A model generated the notes under the pieces. That model was not told where the DNA came from. It made no database searches and saw only the letters and a list, made by a program, of their open reading frames with translations. 64,000 nucleotides of DNA from Rhynchopus sp. YZ270_cl-10 (Eukaryota): contig OZ037844.1 of the NCBI GenBank assembly GCA_964035575.1, forward strand, positions 744,001 through 808,000, given 5' to 3'. The translations under genes and the position numbers were made by a program. Positions 35,533 through 46,185 of the stretch are shown piece by piece; position 1 is the first letter of the stretch, and each line of letters begins with the position of its first letter.

Positions 35533-37632
35533 TCACGCGGTGGGTTCGTCGCTGACACCGTGTTCCAGGAGAACCTGCACCACATCTGCATGTTGTTTCT
35601 TCCTCGCACGCTGCAACGCAGTGCGGCCCGCCCTCGTCCTGTGATTCACGTCCACCTCAGGCATGCACAGAAGAGTACGCACAGTCTCGGTGTGTCCATA
35701 AGCAGCCGCAAGGGTAAGACACGTGTCTCCATTGTTGTCTGTGACACAGACTCCCGCACCTGCTTTGACCGACATCTTCACAATGTCCGGTGCTCCTCTC
35801 TTGCTGGCCAAGAGCAGAGGCGACCTTCCATCCTCGTCCTTGCCATCAATGTCTGCCCCTGCATCAATGAGCACCTCCACCACGGCTACATGCTTTTCAT
35901 CAGCTGCAAGGAGCAGAGCAGTGTTGCCGTTAGTATCCTTGTGATTCACGTCCACATCCTTCAAGCCGACAAGATAGCGCACAGTCTCGGTGTGTCCAAA
36001 ATGCGCCGCAAGAGTTAGACATGTGTCTCCATCAATGTCAGTGGTACACACATCCGCACCTGCTTTGACCAACATCTTCACAATTGCCATGTCCCCGTTC
36101 ACGCTGGCCACGTGCAGAGGGGTACGACCCATGTCGCCCTTTGCCTCGATGAGCACCTTCACCACATCTGTATGCTCTTCAACAGCTGTAAGTAGCCTAA
36201 CGAGAGTGAAGCCGTCAGTATCCTTTTGATTCACGTCCACATCATTCAAACCAACAAGATAGCGCACAGTCTCGGTGTGTCCAAAGCACGCCGCAAGCCT
36301 AAGACATGTCGCTCCTTTATTGTCTGTGACACACACATCCGCACCTGCTTTGACCAACATCTTCACAACTGCGAGTGCTCCTGAATAAGTGCTTGCCCTG
36401 AGCAGAGGAGAACGTCCCCTCTCATCCTTTGTCTCGATGTCTGCCCCTGCATCAATGAGCACCTGACACACTGCAGGGTCCTCCCACATGGCTGGACAGG
36501 GTCGGTCTTTCACATCCTCGTACGAGTTTGGGACAAACGCAACGTTGCTGCAGACTGACTTCCAATGCTGCAAGAGGACCTCCGTGCACGCAGTGTGGTC
36601 TGCGTGGACGCACTCACTCAGCAGCATCCCGAAGCCCATCTGCGTTGTCTCAACATACGGAAGAAGCAGTGCGAGGCATTCATCGTGGTTCCCTCTGCAT
36701 GCCTCGTGCACAGCTTCGAAGGCAATCTTTTTGCTGTCTGTGTCTGGTCTGAGCTTCTCAAGTCCCACCCGCACGGCAGTCGTGTCGCCGTTCCTGGCAG
36801 CCTCCACCAAGGCGAAGTGGAGCACGTCCTCTGCCCCTGCAAGCACCGCACGCAGCACAAGAGCTGCCTCCTCATCAACAGGCTTGCCCACAGCACCGCC
36901 AGAAAGAAGTGCCTTCACACAGGTAAGGTGATGTCCAGCAACAGCAGCATCCAGCGCAGTCATCCCATCAACACAGTGTTCGCAGTCTGCACCCTTCGCA
37001 ACAAGAAACTGCACCACATCCGCATCGCCACGGCACGCTGCAATGTACAGCGGACGTGCACAGCTCACGTCGTTCTCACTGTGCACCTCCAGCCCTGCCC
37101 CAGACGCGACGAGCAGCTCTGCACTCGCAAGATCCCCAAGGTGTGCAGCCACACACAACGGCTTGATGCGCCTCCCATTCAGGTCCAGCTTGTGTTCCTT
37201 CAGCAGCATCGCAAGCACCTCCACTCGCTTCAGGTGCAGACAGGTCAGCAGGAGCTCGTCCACATCGACTTCCAAGCAGACACGGGTGTTGTCCGAGCAT
37301 GACTTCCAATGCTGCAAGAGGACCTCCGTGCACGCAGTGTGGTCTGCGTGGATGCACTCACTCAGCAGGATCCCAAAGCCGTTCGTTCGGTCAACGTAGT
37401 GGGGAAGAAGCCGTGCGAGGTCTTCATCTTCGTTCCCTCTGCATGCCTCGTGCACAGCATCGAAGGACACCGTTTTTTTGCTGTCTGTGTCAGGTCTGAG
37501 CTTCTCAAGTCCCGCCCCCAGGGCAGTCATGTCGCCGTTCCTGGCAGCCTCCACCAAGACCGAGTCTGCAGAAATTTTAATTCTCTTCGGAAGGTTCTCG
37601 TCAGGTGTGCTGTCTGCGTGTCGCTTCGACAT
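35533..37632 (-). CDS. Ankyrin-repeat protein with duplicated head module
   Basis: 699-aa intronless ORF; LVEAARNGD...LLQHWKS module occurs twice; ends VLLEHGVSDEPTA. Confidence 0.9.
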   Translation of the reverse strand: MSKRHADSTPDENLPKRIKISADSVLVEAARNGDMTALGAGLEKLRPDTDSKKTVSFDAVHEACRGNEDEDLARLLPHYVDRTNGFGILLSECIHADHTACTEVLLQHWKSCSDNTRVCLEVDVDELLLTCLHLKRVEVLAMLLKEHKLDLNGRRIKPLCVAAHLGDLASAELLVASGAGLEVHSENDVSCARPLYIAACRGDADVVQFLVAKGADCEHCVDGMTALDAAVAGHHLTCVKALLSGGAVGKPVDEEAALVLRAVLAGAEDVLHFALVEAARNGDTTAVRVGLEKLRPDTDSKKIAFEAVHEACRGNHDECLALLLPYVETTQMGFGMLLSECVHADHTACTEVLLQHWKSVCSNVAFVPNSYEDVKDRPCPAMWEDPAVCQVLIDAGADIETKDERGRSPLLRASTYSGALAVVKMLVKAGADVCVTDNKGATCLRLAACFGHTETVRYLVGLNDVDVNQKDTDGFTLVRLLTAVEEHTDVVKVLIEAKGDMGRTPLHVASVNGDMAIVKMLVKAGADVCTTDIDGDTCLTLAAHFGHTETVRYLVGLKDVDVNHKDTNGNTALLLAADEKHVAVVEVLIDAGADIDGKDEDGRSPLLLASKRGAPDIVKMSVKAGAGVCVTDNNGDTCLTLAAAYGHTETVRTLLCMPEVDVNHRTRAGRTALQRARKKQHADVVQVLLEHGVSDEPTA

Positions 37633-37726
37633 GGTGTGTGAAGATGCTGATATTCAATGTCGTGTCTTATAGTCTGCTGCTTTTTTGTAGAGGTTGTGAG
37701 GTGAGTGGTGGGATGTATCTATTCAC

Positions 37727-38120
37727 CATAAAGACAACTGGAGGGATGTGGCCAGCAGCATCCACACTGTGGACACAGATGCTGCACTTTACCGCCAACA
37801 GGAAGCTGGACAGCCATCAGGAGATGACACGGAGATGGGCACGGGGCCTGAGGACAACGTTGCAGACGATTGGTCAGGCCGTGATGGACCGAGGGTGCTT
37901 GCGTGGCGACACGGCTGGTGCGCTCAGGGAACGGGTAGAGGTGGACGTAGCGTCGGTGCAGGTGAAGACGAACACTTCTGGGATCCTGGATGAGGACTGC
38001 CCACGAGGAGGTGGGGGAGATGGAAAGAGCAACCGATGGGAAATGAGTGTTGAGAAAGACAGAGATGTCGTACCGAAACAAAAGTGGGGCAGATAGTCGT
38101 TTCTGTTTCCTATTGGAAAG
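37727..38120 (+). mobile_element. Possible 3' remnant of a restriction-like-endonuclease non-LTR retrotransposon
   Basis: Frame reads IKTTGGMWPAASTLW...WARGLRTTLQTIGQAVM, resembling the ETxGG...W..LS..LQ..NA tail of CRE/R2-type ORFs. A rearranged second copy lies at ~39930-40397. Confidence 0.4.
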
Positions 38121-38389
38121 CTGGGAATAACAATAAAATACTGTGTTCGTAGAAATGGTGGCCGTGTGAAGTACCAAATGAAATGCAAAACCGTAAAATA
38201 CGGACCAAACTATGTCCGGTCCAAACAGTTTATGAAGACAGTAATAATAATGGATGCTATCACACGCCTGTAACGTTGGTGCAGTGTCACCTTCACTTCC
38301 CTCTTTTCATTCCAAATGTCATTCCATCCCCCCTTTGTGAGCTAACGCGATCCTCACGAAATACCAGGAAAAGCCACCAAGAAAGCTAC

Positions 38390-39728
38390 TCACGCGGTGG
38401 GTTCGTCGCTGGCACCGTGTTCCAGGAGAACCTGCACCACATCTGCATGTGGTTTCTTCCTCGCACGCTGCAACGCAGTGCGGCCCGCCCTCGTCCTGTG
38501 ATTCACATCCACTTCAGGAAAGCCAACAAGATAACGCACAATCTCGGTGCGTCCATGATACGCAGCAAGGGTAAGACATGTGTCTCCTTTGTTGTCTGTG
38601 ACACACACATCCGCACCTGCTTCGACCAACAACTTCACAGTTGCGAAGTTGTATGAACGACAAGCCCAGTGAAGAGGCGAACGTCCCCTCTCGTCCTTTG
38701 TCTCGATGTCTGCCCCTGCAGCAATGAGCTCCGCTACCAATGCTGAGCGCTTCCGAAACACTGCGCAGTGCAGTGACGTGGTTCCCATGTCATTTGACTG
38801 ATTCACATCTACCTCAGGCATGCGCAGAAGAGTACGCACAGTCTCCATGCATGATCCATAGACAACGGCACGCATAAGACATGTGTTTCCTTTGTTGTTA
38901 GTGGCACACACATCCGCACCTGCTTTGACCAACATTTTCACAGTGTCAAGTGCCCCTCTGTTGCTGGCCAAGAGCAGAGGCGAACATCCATCCTCGTCCT
39001 TTGCCTCGGTGTCTGCACCTTGATAAAGCATCAGCTGCAAGGAGCAGAGCAGTGCAGCCGTCAGTATCCTTGTGATTCACGTCCACCTCAGGCAAACTCA
39101 CAAGATAGCGCACAGTCTCGGTACGTCCAAAATATGACGCCAGGGTAAGACACGTGTCTCCATCATGGTTTGTGACGCGTACTCCTGCACCTGCTTTGAC
39201 CAACATCTTCACGATCGCGAGTGCTCCTGAACAGCAAGACCAGTGCAAAGGCAAAACCCCCATGTCGTCCTTTATCTCGATGTCTGCCCCTGCATCAATG
39301 AGCACCTGACACACTGCAGGGTCCTCCCACATGGCTGGACAGGGTCGGTCTGTCTTGTCCTCCTGCCCGTGTGGGACAAACGCAACGTTGCTGCAGACTG
39401 ACTTCCAATGCTGCAAGAGGACCTTCGTGCACGCAGTGTGGTCTGCGTGGACGCACTCACTCAGCAGCATCCCGAAGCCCATCTGCGTTGTCTCAACATA
39501 CGGAAGAAGCAGTGCGAGGCATTCATCGTGGTTCCCTCTGCATGCCTCGTGCACAGCATCGAAGGCAATCTTTTTGCTGTCTGTGTCTGGGCTGAGCTTC
39601 TCAAGTCCCGCCCGCACGGCAGTCGTGTCGCCGTTCCTGGCAGCCTCCACCAAGACCTCGTCTGCAGAAAGTGTTGTGCTGTGTGGTGCCTTCTCATCAG
39701 GTGTGCTGTCTGCGTGTCGCTTCGACAT
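38390..39728 (-). pseudogene. Ankyrin-repeat family member with a frameshift near 39025
   Basis: Overlapping ORFs 38946-39728 and 38390-39040 carry the N- and C-halves. After LLLAAD, ~39 nt of the normal repeat are replaced by 10 nt. Confidence 0.8.
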
Positions 39729-40646
39729 GGTTTGTGAAGATGTTGATATTCAATGTTGTGTCTTTTATGCTGTTTCTTTTTGTGGAGGTTGTGAGGTGAG
39801 TCGTGGGTGTCCCTGAACTGCCTACCACAGAACAAACAAACCCACCGCTGTTGGGTAGTGCAGTAGAACTACTGTAGAATGCCAGCCACACATAACAAAG
39901 GTGTTTCTGAGAATGGGTGGTACATGCGCCATAAAGACAACTGGAGGGATGTGGCCAGCAGCATCCACACTGTGGACACAGATGCTGCACTTTGCCGCCA
40001 ACAGGAAGGTGTGCAGCAATCAGGAGATGACACGGAGATGGGCATGGGTCCTGAAGGCACCCGTACCCTCTACCTTGCACAAACCCGACGACGCGAGCAC
40101 ACATCACATCACAGATGTGTTCCAAAAATAACCTATCCCCTGGTGTTCGTGATAGAGCCCTTGGCAACTAATTCGCTGTATCGTAATCAAACAACCTAGA
40201 AGGCATGTTTGCCTTGTCGTTACCCGACTCTGGAAGCGGGATCCTGGATGAGGACTGCCCATGAGGAGGTGGGGGAGATGGAAAGAGCAACCGATGGGAA
40301 ATGAGTGTTGAGAAAGACAGAGATGTCGTACCGAAACAAAAGTGGGGCAGATAGTCGTTTCTGTTTCCTATTGGAAAGCTGGGAATAACAATAAAATACT
40401 GTGTTCGTAAAGATGGTGACCGTGTGAGGCACCAAATGAAATGCAAAACCGTAAAATACGGACCAAACTATGTCCGGTCCAAACAGTTTATGAAGACGGT
40501 AATAATAAAGGATGCTATCACACGCCTGTAACGTTGGTGCAGTGTCACCTTCACTTCCCTCTTTTCATTCCAAATGTCATTCCATCCCCCTTTGTGAGCT
40601 AACGCGATCCTCACGAAAGACCAGGAAAAGCCAGCAAGAAAGCTAC

Positions 40647-42755
40647 TCACGCGGTGGGTTCGTCGCTGGCACCGTGTTCCAGGAGAACCTGCACCACATC
40701 TGCATGTGGTTTCTTCCTCGCACGCTGCAACGCAGTGTGGCCCCCCCTCGTCCTGTGATTCACGTCGACCTCAGGCAAGCCAACAAGATAACGCACAATC
40801 TCGGTGTACCCATTAGAAGCCGCAAGGGTAAGACACGTGTCTCCTTTGTTGTCTGTGGCACAGACTCCCGCACCTGCTTTGACCAACATCTTCACAGTTG
40901 TGAACTTTCCTGAACGGCAAGCCAAGTAAAGAGGCGAACGTCCCCTCTCATCCTTTGCTTCGATGTCTGCACCTGCATCAATCAGCACCTTCACCACATC
41001 TGTGCGCTTCTTACCCACTGCGCAGTGCAATGACGCGGTGCCCATGTGATTTGACTGGTTCACGTCCACCTCAGGCATGCACAGAAGAGTACGCACAGTC
41101 TCTATGCGTCCAGGCACAGCCGCAAGGGTAAGACATGTCTCTCCTTCGTTGTTTGTGTCACACATTCTTGCACCTGCTCTGACCAAATTATTCACAGTGT
41201 CAAGTGCCCCTCTGTTGCTGGCCAAGAGCAGAGGCGAACATCCGTCCTCATCCTTTGCCTCGATGTCTGCACCTGCATCAATGAGCACCTTCACCACATC
41301 TGCATGATTTTTATCAACTGCAAGGAGCAGAGCAGTGCAGTCCTCAGCATCCTTGTGATTCACGTCCACCTCAGGCAAGCCAACAAGATAACGCACAGTC
41401 TCGGTGTGTCCAAAATATGACGCAAGTGTAAGACACGTGTCTCCTTCGTTGTCTGTGACACGCACTCCCGCACCTGCTTTGACCAACATCTTCACAATTG
41501 CGAGTGATCCTGAACTACCAGACGAGTGCAGAGGTGAACGTCCCCTCTCATCCTTTGTCTCGATGTCTGCCCCTGCATCAATGAGCACCTGACACACTGC
41601 AGGGTCCTCCCACATGGCTGGACAGTCACGGTCTGCTTCTTCCTCCTGCCCGTGTGGGACAAACGCAACGTTGCTGCAGACTGACTTCCAATGCTGCAAG
41701 AGGACCTCCGTGCACGCAGTGTGGTCTGCGTGGACGCACTCACTCAGCAGCATCCCAAAGCCCATCTGCGTTGTCTCAACATACGGAAGAAGCAGTGCGA
41801 GGCATTCATCGTGGTTCCCTCTGCATGCCTCGTGCACAGCATCGAAGGCAACCGTTTTGCTGTCTGTGTCTGGTCTGAGCTTCTCAAGTCCCGTCCGCAC
41901 GGCAGTCGTGTCGCCGTTCCTGGCAGCCTCCACCAAGGCGAAGTGGAGCACGTCCTCTGCCCCTGCAAGCACCGCACGCAGCACAAGAGCTGCCTCCTCA
42001 TCAACAGGCTTGCCCACAGCACCGCCAGAAAGAAGTGCCTTCACACAGGTAAGGTGATGTCCAGCAACAGCAGCATCCAGCGCAGTCATCCCATCAACAC
42101 AGTGTTCGCAGTCTGCACCCTTCGCAACAAGAAACTGCACCACATCCGCATCGCCACGGCACGCTGCAATGTACAGCGGACGTGCACAGCTCACGTCGTT
42201 CTCACTGTGCACCTCCAGCCCTGCCCCAGACGCGACGAGCAGCTCTGCACTCGCAAGATCCCCAAGGTGTGCAGCCACACACAACGGCTTGATGCGCCTC
42301 CCATTCAGGTCCAGCTTGTGTTCCTTCAGCAGCATCGCAAGCACCTCCACTCGCTTCAGGTGCAGACAGGTCAGCAGGAGCTCGTCCACATCGACTTCCA
42401 AGCAGACACGGGTGTTGTCCGAGCATGACTTCCAATGCTGCAAGAGGACCTCCGTGCACGCAGTGTGGTCTGCGTGGATGCACTCACTCAGCAGGATCCC
42501 AAAGCCGTTCGTTCGGTCAACGTAGTGGGGAAGAAGCCGTGCGAGGTCTTCATCTTCGTTCCCTCTGCATGCCTCATGCACAGCATCGAAGGACACCGTT
42601 TTGCTGTCTGTGTCTGGGCTGAGTTTCTCAAGTCCCGCCCGCACGGCAGTCGTGTCGCCGTTCCTGGCAGCCTCCACCAAGACCGAGTCTGCAGAAATTT
42701 TAATTCTCTTCGGTAGGTTCTCGTCAGGTGTACTGTCTGCGTGTCGCTTCGACAT
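40647..42755 (-). CDS. Ankyrin-repeat protein with duplicated head module
   Basis: 702-aa intronless ORF. The 5' ~1.2 kb is nearly identical to 35533-37632, while the 3' end and downstream spacer are nearly identical to the 38390 copy. Confidence 0.9.
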   Translation of the reverse strand: MSKRHADSTPDENLPKRIKISADSVLVEAARNGDTTAVRAGLEKLSPDTDSKTVSFDAVHEACRGNEDEDLARLLPHYVDRTNGFGILLSECIHADHTACTEVLLQHWKSCSDNTRVCLEVDVDELLLTCLHLKRVEVLAMLLKEHKLDLNGRRIKPLCVAAHLGDLASAELLVASGAGLEVHSENDVSCARPLYIAACRGDADVVQFLVAKGADCEHCVDGMTALDAAVAGHHLTCVKALLSGGAVGKPVDEEAALVLRAVLAGAEDVLHFALVEAARNGDTTAVRTGLEKLRPDTDSKTVAFDAVHEACRGNHDECLALLLPYVETTQMGFGMLLSECVHADHTACTEVLLQHWKSVCSNVAFVPHGQEEEADRDCPAMWEDPAVCQVLIDAGADIETKDERGRSPLHSSGSSGSLAIVKMLVKAGAGVRVTDNEGDTCLTLASYFGHTETVRYLVGLPEVDVNHKDAEDCTALLLAVDKNHADVVKVLIDAGADIEAKDEDGCSPLLLASNRGALDTVNNLVRAGARMCDTNNEGETCLTLAAVPGRIETVRTLLCMPEVDVNQSNHMGTASLHCAVGKKRTDVVKVLIDAGADIEAKDERGRSPLYLACRSGKFTTVKMLVKAGAGVCATDNKGDTCLTLAASNGYTEIVRYLVGLPEVDVNHRTRGGHTALQRARKKPHADVVQVLLEHGASDEPTA

Positions 42756-42950
42756 GGTTTGTGAAAATGTTTAAATTGAGTCTGTTGTTTGTTTTATGAG
42801 TGGGGTGAGGGTGGAAAAGCTTCAAGAAAAAAAAAATGTCATTTTTTTTTTTGTTTTTGTTTGCTTGCTTCTCAACACAAACCTTCATCGAGAGAAACAA
42901 GAGTCTAGGGGGTGGGGGTGGAGGGGAAATACGGGAATTGTGTGCGTGGC

Positions 42951-42989
<39 letters not shown>

Positions 42990-44590
42990 CTTGATTTTCG
43001 ACTCCCAGCAAAGTATAGTACCACAATTATTTCTTCATGGTATCCTTAACGGTGCGCGAACCAGAATACACAGCCCCTCTCCACCAGGAACATTTTTTTT
43101 TTTCCTTCGCTCTAATTGAAAGCGTAGATCCCTGATGCCAAGTCGGAGGGGAGGGTTGTCCAGAAAGCTGACCTTCAGCCTCTCATGCTGTAGGCACCTT
43201 AAATGCACAAGAAGAGATTTTTTTTGTTTGTGCGTAAAGTGTGTAATAAATATTATCTGTGGTGATATTTTTTATTACTGCAATACGCTCCCACTGACTA
43301 CCTGGCAGTGAAGAGGAAACTTTGAGGCCAAAAAAAAAGTGTGAAGTGAGTCTATTGATCGCAGTCTCATGACAAAAAGAAAAGTTTATAAGATGATCCC
43401 AAGCCTCTCGTGCTTCGTCACCTTGTATGTAAGGGGTATAAAATAGTGGAGGTTTGGGGGGGGAAATTTTTTGGGGAAAGTCGAGGTGTGATCCACATCT
43501 TTCAAAAGGGTTTAGTGCAACGCATTGTTGACGATGCCAAGATCGCAAGGTTTTGGTTTTCTGAAGACGACTCAAGAGTGTGTCTGAATTCCCCTCGAGT
43601 TAGAAGACGTTTTTTTTTTTTGAAAACTTGGTTGTATTAGTGTACCCTAGAGTGTGCTCCACTGGCGTTTTTTTATTTTAGAACTCCCCTTGTTTAATAT
43701 CTGTTTCTGCCCACACATGCCGATCTGGAGGCATCCACCTGACGTTACTTTTTTTTTCTTTTTTACGATTCTCTAGCGAGTAGGCGGGTTGAGCAATATT
43801 AGCATGTATACCTACAACGCCTTCTCTGTCGCTGCTGTGTATCCGCGGTTAACCCACCCCCGAAAATCTCTCGGGGGGGGAGAGAGAGAAGCAATTACTT
43901 CCCATTTTTCATCATTTTTTTGTGACACCCTTCATTTTATGCTGCAAAGTTTGTGTTCTGCACAGAAAGAAAAAAGAAAAAAAAAGATCGTTGTTGGGAA
44001 CAGGGAAGAAGGGGAAGGCATCCTGTGTGTAGAAGACACACAGGATCCACATGGAATAGGGGGAAAACAAAAAAGAAAAACAAAAAAAAAGGGGGCTGAG
44101 ATGGATATTGACTCTCGTGCATACACATCTTTGAAAAAAATATTTTCCAAAAAAAAAGATGGCAACTTTTTTTTCCAACAAATACACCATTTACCGAGAC
44201 GGGAGGGAGTTTAAAAAGTGGAGATTGTACAATGTGCACAGTCTGCACGCTGCTCCAACATATTTTTTTTTCTAAAAGAAAAAAGAGAGAAAAAGTTTGC
44301 CAGTCTAAGCAGTGTGTACTTACTTTGGCCACCTTTAAAAAGGGTAAATCAATTATGTACACAGAACGATGGTCAATGTACCATTAAAACAAAAAGAAAC
44401 CATCAGGAAAAAAGAAAAGTGGGCAAGGTGAACCTCGTGTACGCCACCTTTTAAAAAAAAAACACTCTATTTGGGAGGAGTGGGGAGATGAAGGTGAACG
44501 CTAACGTGTTTGGGGAGGGTTGTGAGGGGGTGCTTTATTGTTCATTTTTTTTTTTTTTTATTTTTTTTGAAACATTCTAAACGGCTACGA

Positions 44591-46185
44591 TCACGGCATC
44601 ACTGTCACATTCAGCTCATTGAACCAGGGGTGCTGTAGAAAAGAAAGGGGAAAATGTTACTTTTGTGTCTTTTTGTCTTTGAATTTCGCGTTGCATCGAA
44701 TCCTCATCGAATCCACACAGACAGGTCTTGATGTAAGATGTTTGACCCACAGCCAACGCTATGACATTACGCCATCACGAAAAACCGTGGCACCTTACAA
44801 CCTGAGCTCTGGATCCAACTACGCAGGGATTCCTTCACTTTCCCCCCTCATAATTCTGAGCACAAAAATCACCATGTGTACAGTGGGGAAAATTGAAAAA
44901 TGTTGAAGATCATAAATATACCTGGACAGCAGCAGCTGCGCTCAACCTCTCGCAGGGGTCGTATGTGAGCAGCTTGGACATAAGGTCAATGCCAGCAGCG
45001 TCCACGTCACGGCAGACGTCGGCAAGGTTCTTCCTGCTCCACTTCGGGAAGACGGGCTTGTAGTCAGGGAGGGACGTCACCCCGGGCCACGTGCGCTCGT
45101 CGGGGGTCCCCAAAAGACGGAAGATGTTGAACAGCTCGTCAATCTCGCAGTCTCCAGGGAAGAGCGGGGCCTTCGTTGCCATCTCCGGCATGATGGCACC
45201 ACAGCTCCATGTGTCGACGACAGGGGAGTAGCGCTTCTCACCCAGCAGGATCTCGGGGGCACGGTACCAGAGGGTCACCACCTCGTGGGTGTACACAGGA
45301 AGCGGGACCTACAAAGAAAAGGGGGTTGGTGCTGTAAATCGCCCTGAATACAGAACGCTCATGCAATTGTTGAAAAAATAAAATAAAAATACCTGGAATG
45401 TACGTGCCAGACCGAAGTCAGCAATCTTGAGCATCTCGTCCTGGACGAGAAGGTTCTGGGGCTTGAGGTCTCTGTGGATGATGCGGTGGGAGTGGCAGTA
45501 CGCAAGCCCCTTAAGGAGTTGGTGCATGAAGGACTTAAGCCTGCGTCCCCTGATCTCACCGCGTTTGATGACCTGCCTCAGGTCGCTGTCGCAGCACTCA
45601 AAAATGAGAAGCAGCTTGTGCGCGTACGTCACGACGTCAAGCATCTGCACCACATTCGGGTGCTTGGCGTTCTTCAGAATTGAAATCTCGCGCAGCTCGG
45701 TGCTCGCAATGCCCTCACTCCCAGTCTCCGTGCGGATCTTCTTCACAGCCACCTTCTTGTTCGAGTAGGTGTCCGTGCCCTGCAGAAGAAATGGTAAATC
45801 AAAGAAAAAAGAAGACAAAAAAGTTGTCAAAAAAAAAAATGTAAGGACGCCATAAAATAAAACCATTGAAGCCTGATCTGCTAAAAACTTAAAGATTTAA
45901 TCTAAAGGAGAATGCTTATGAGCTGCTAACGATTCTCTCGACCTAACTATAAAAAAAAAAAAGAGAGAAGTTGAAAGTATAAACGCCTCACCTCATCGGA
46001 CACAAGAAGAAAATACTATTTTTTGACAAGACATGTTAATTACTATGCCATTCCTAAACCGCAGCGAGGTAACACTTTTTTTCCGTTCATCATACCAAGT
46101 ACACCTCACCGTACGTGCCCTCCCCAAGCTTCTGCTCAAGTCTATAGCGGTTCTGCCCCTGGCCGTGCTGGCTGGAGAATTCCAT
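44591..46185 (-). CDS. Cyclin-dependent kinase paralogue with ASTELRE helix (4 exons)
   Basis: Exons 46185-46096 (MEFSSQ...[10 protein letters not shown], absent from the ORF track), 45779-45393, 45308-44922, 44632-44591; all GT-AG phase 0; catalytic motifs intact. Confidence 0.9.
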
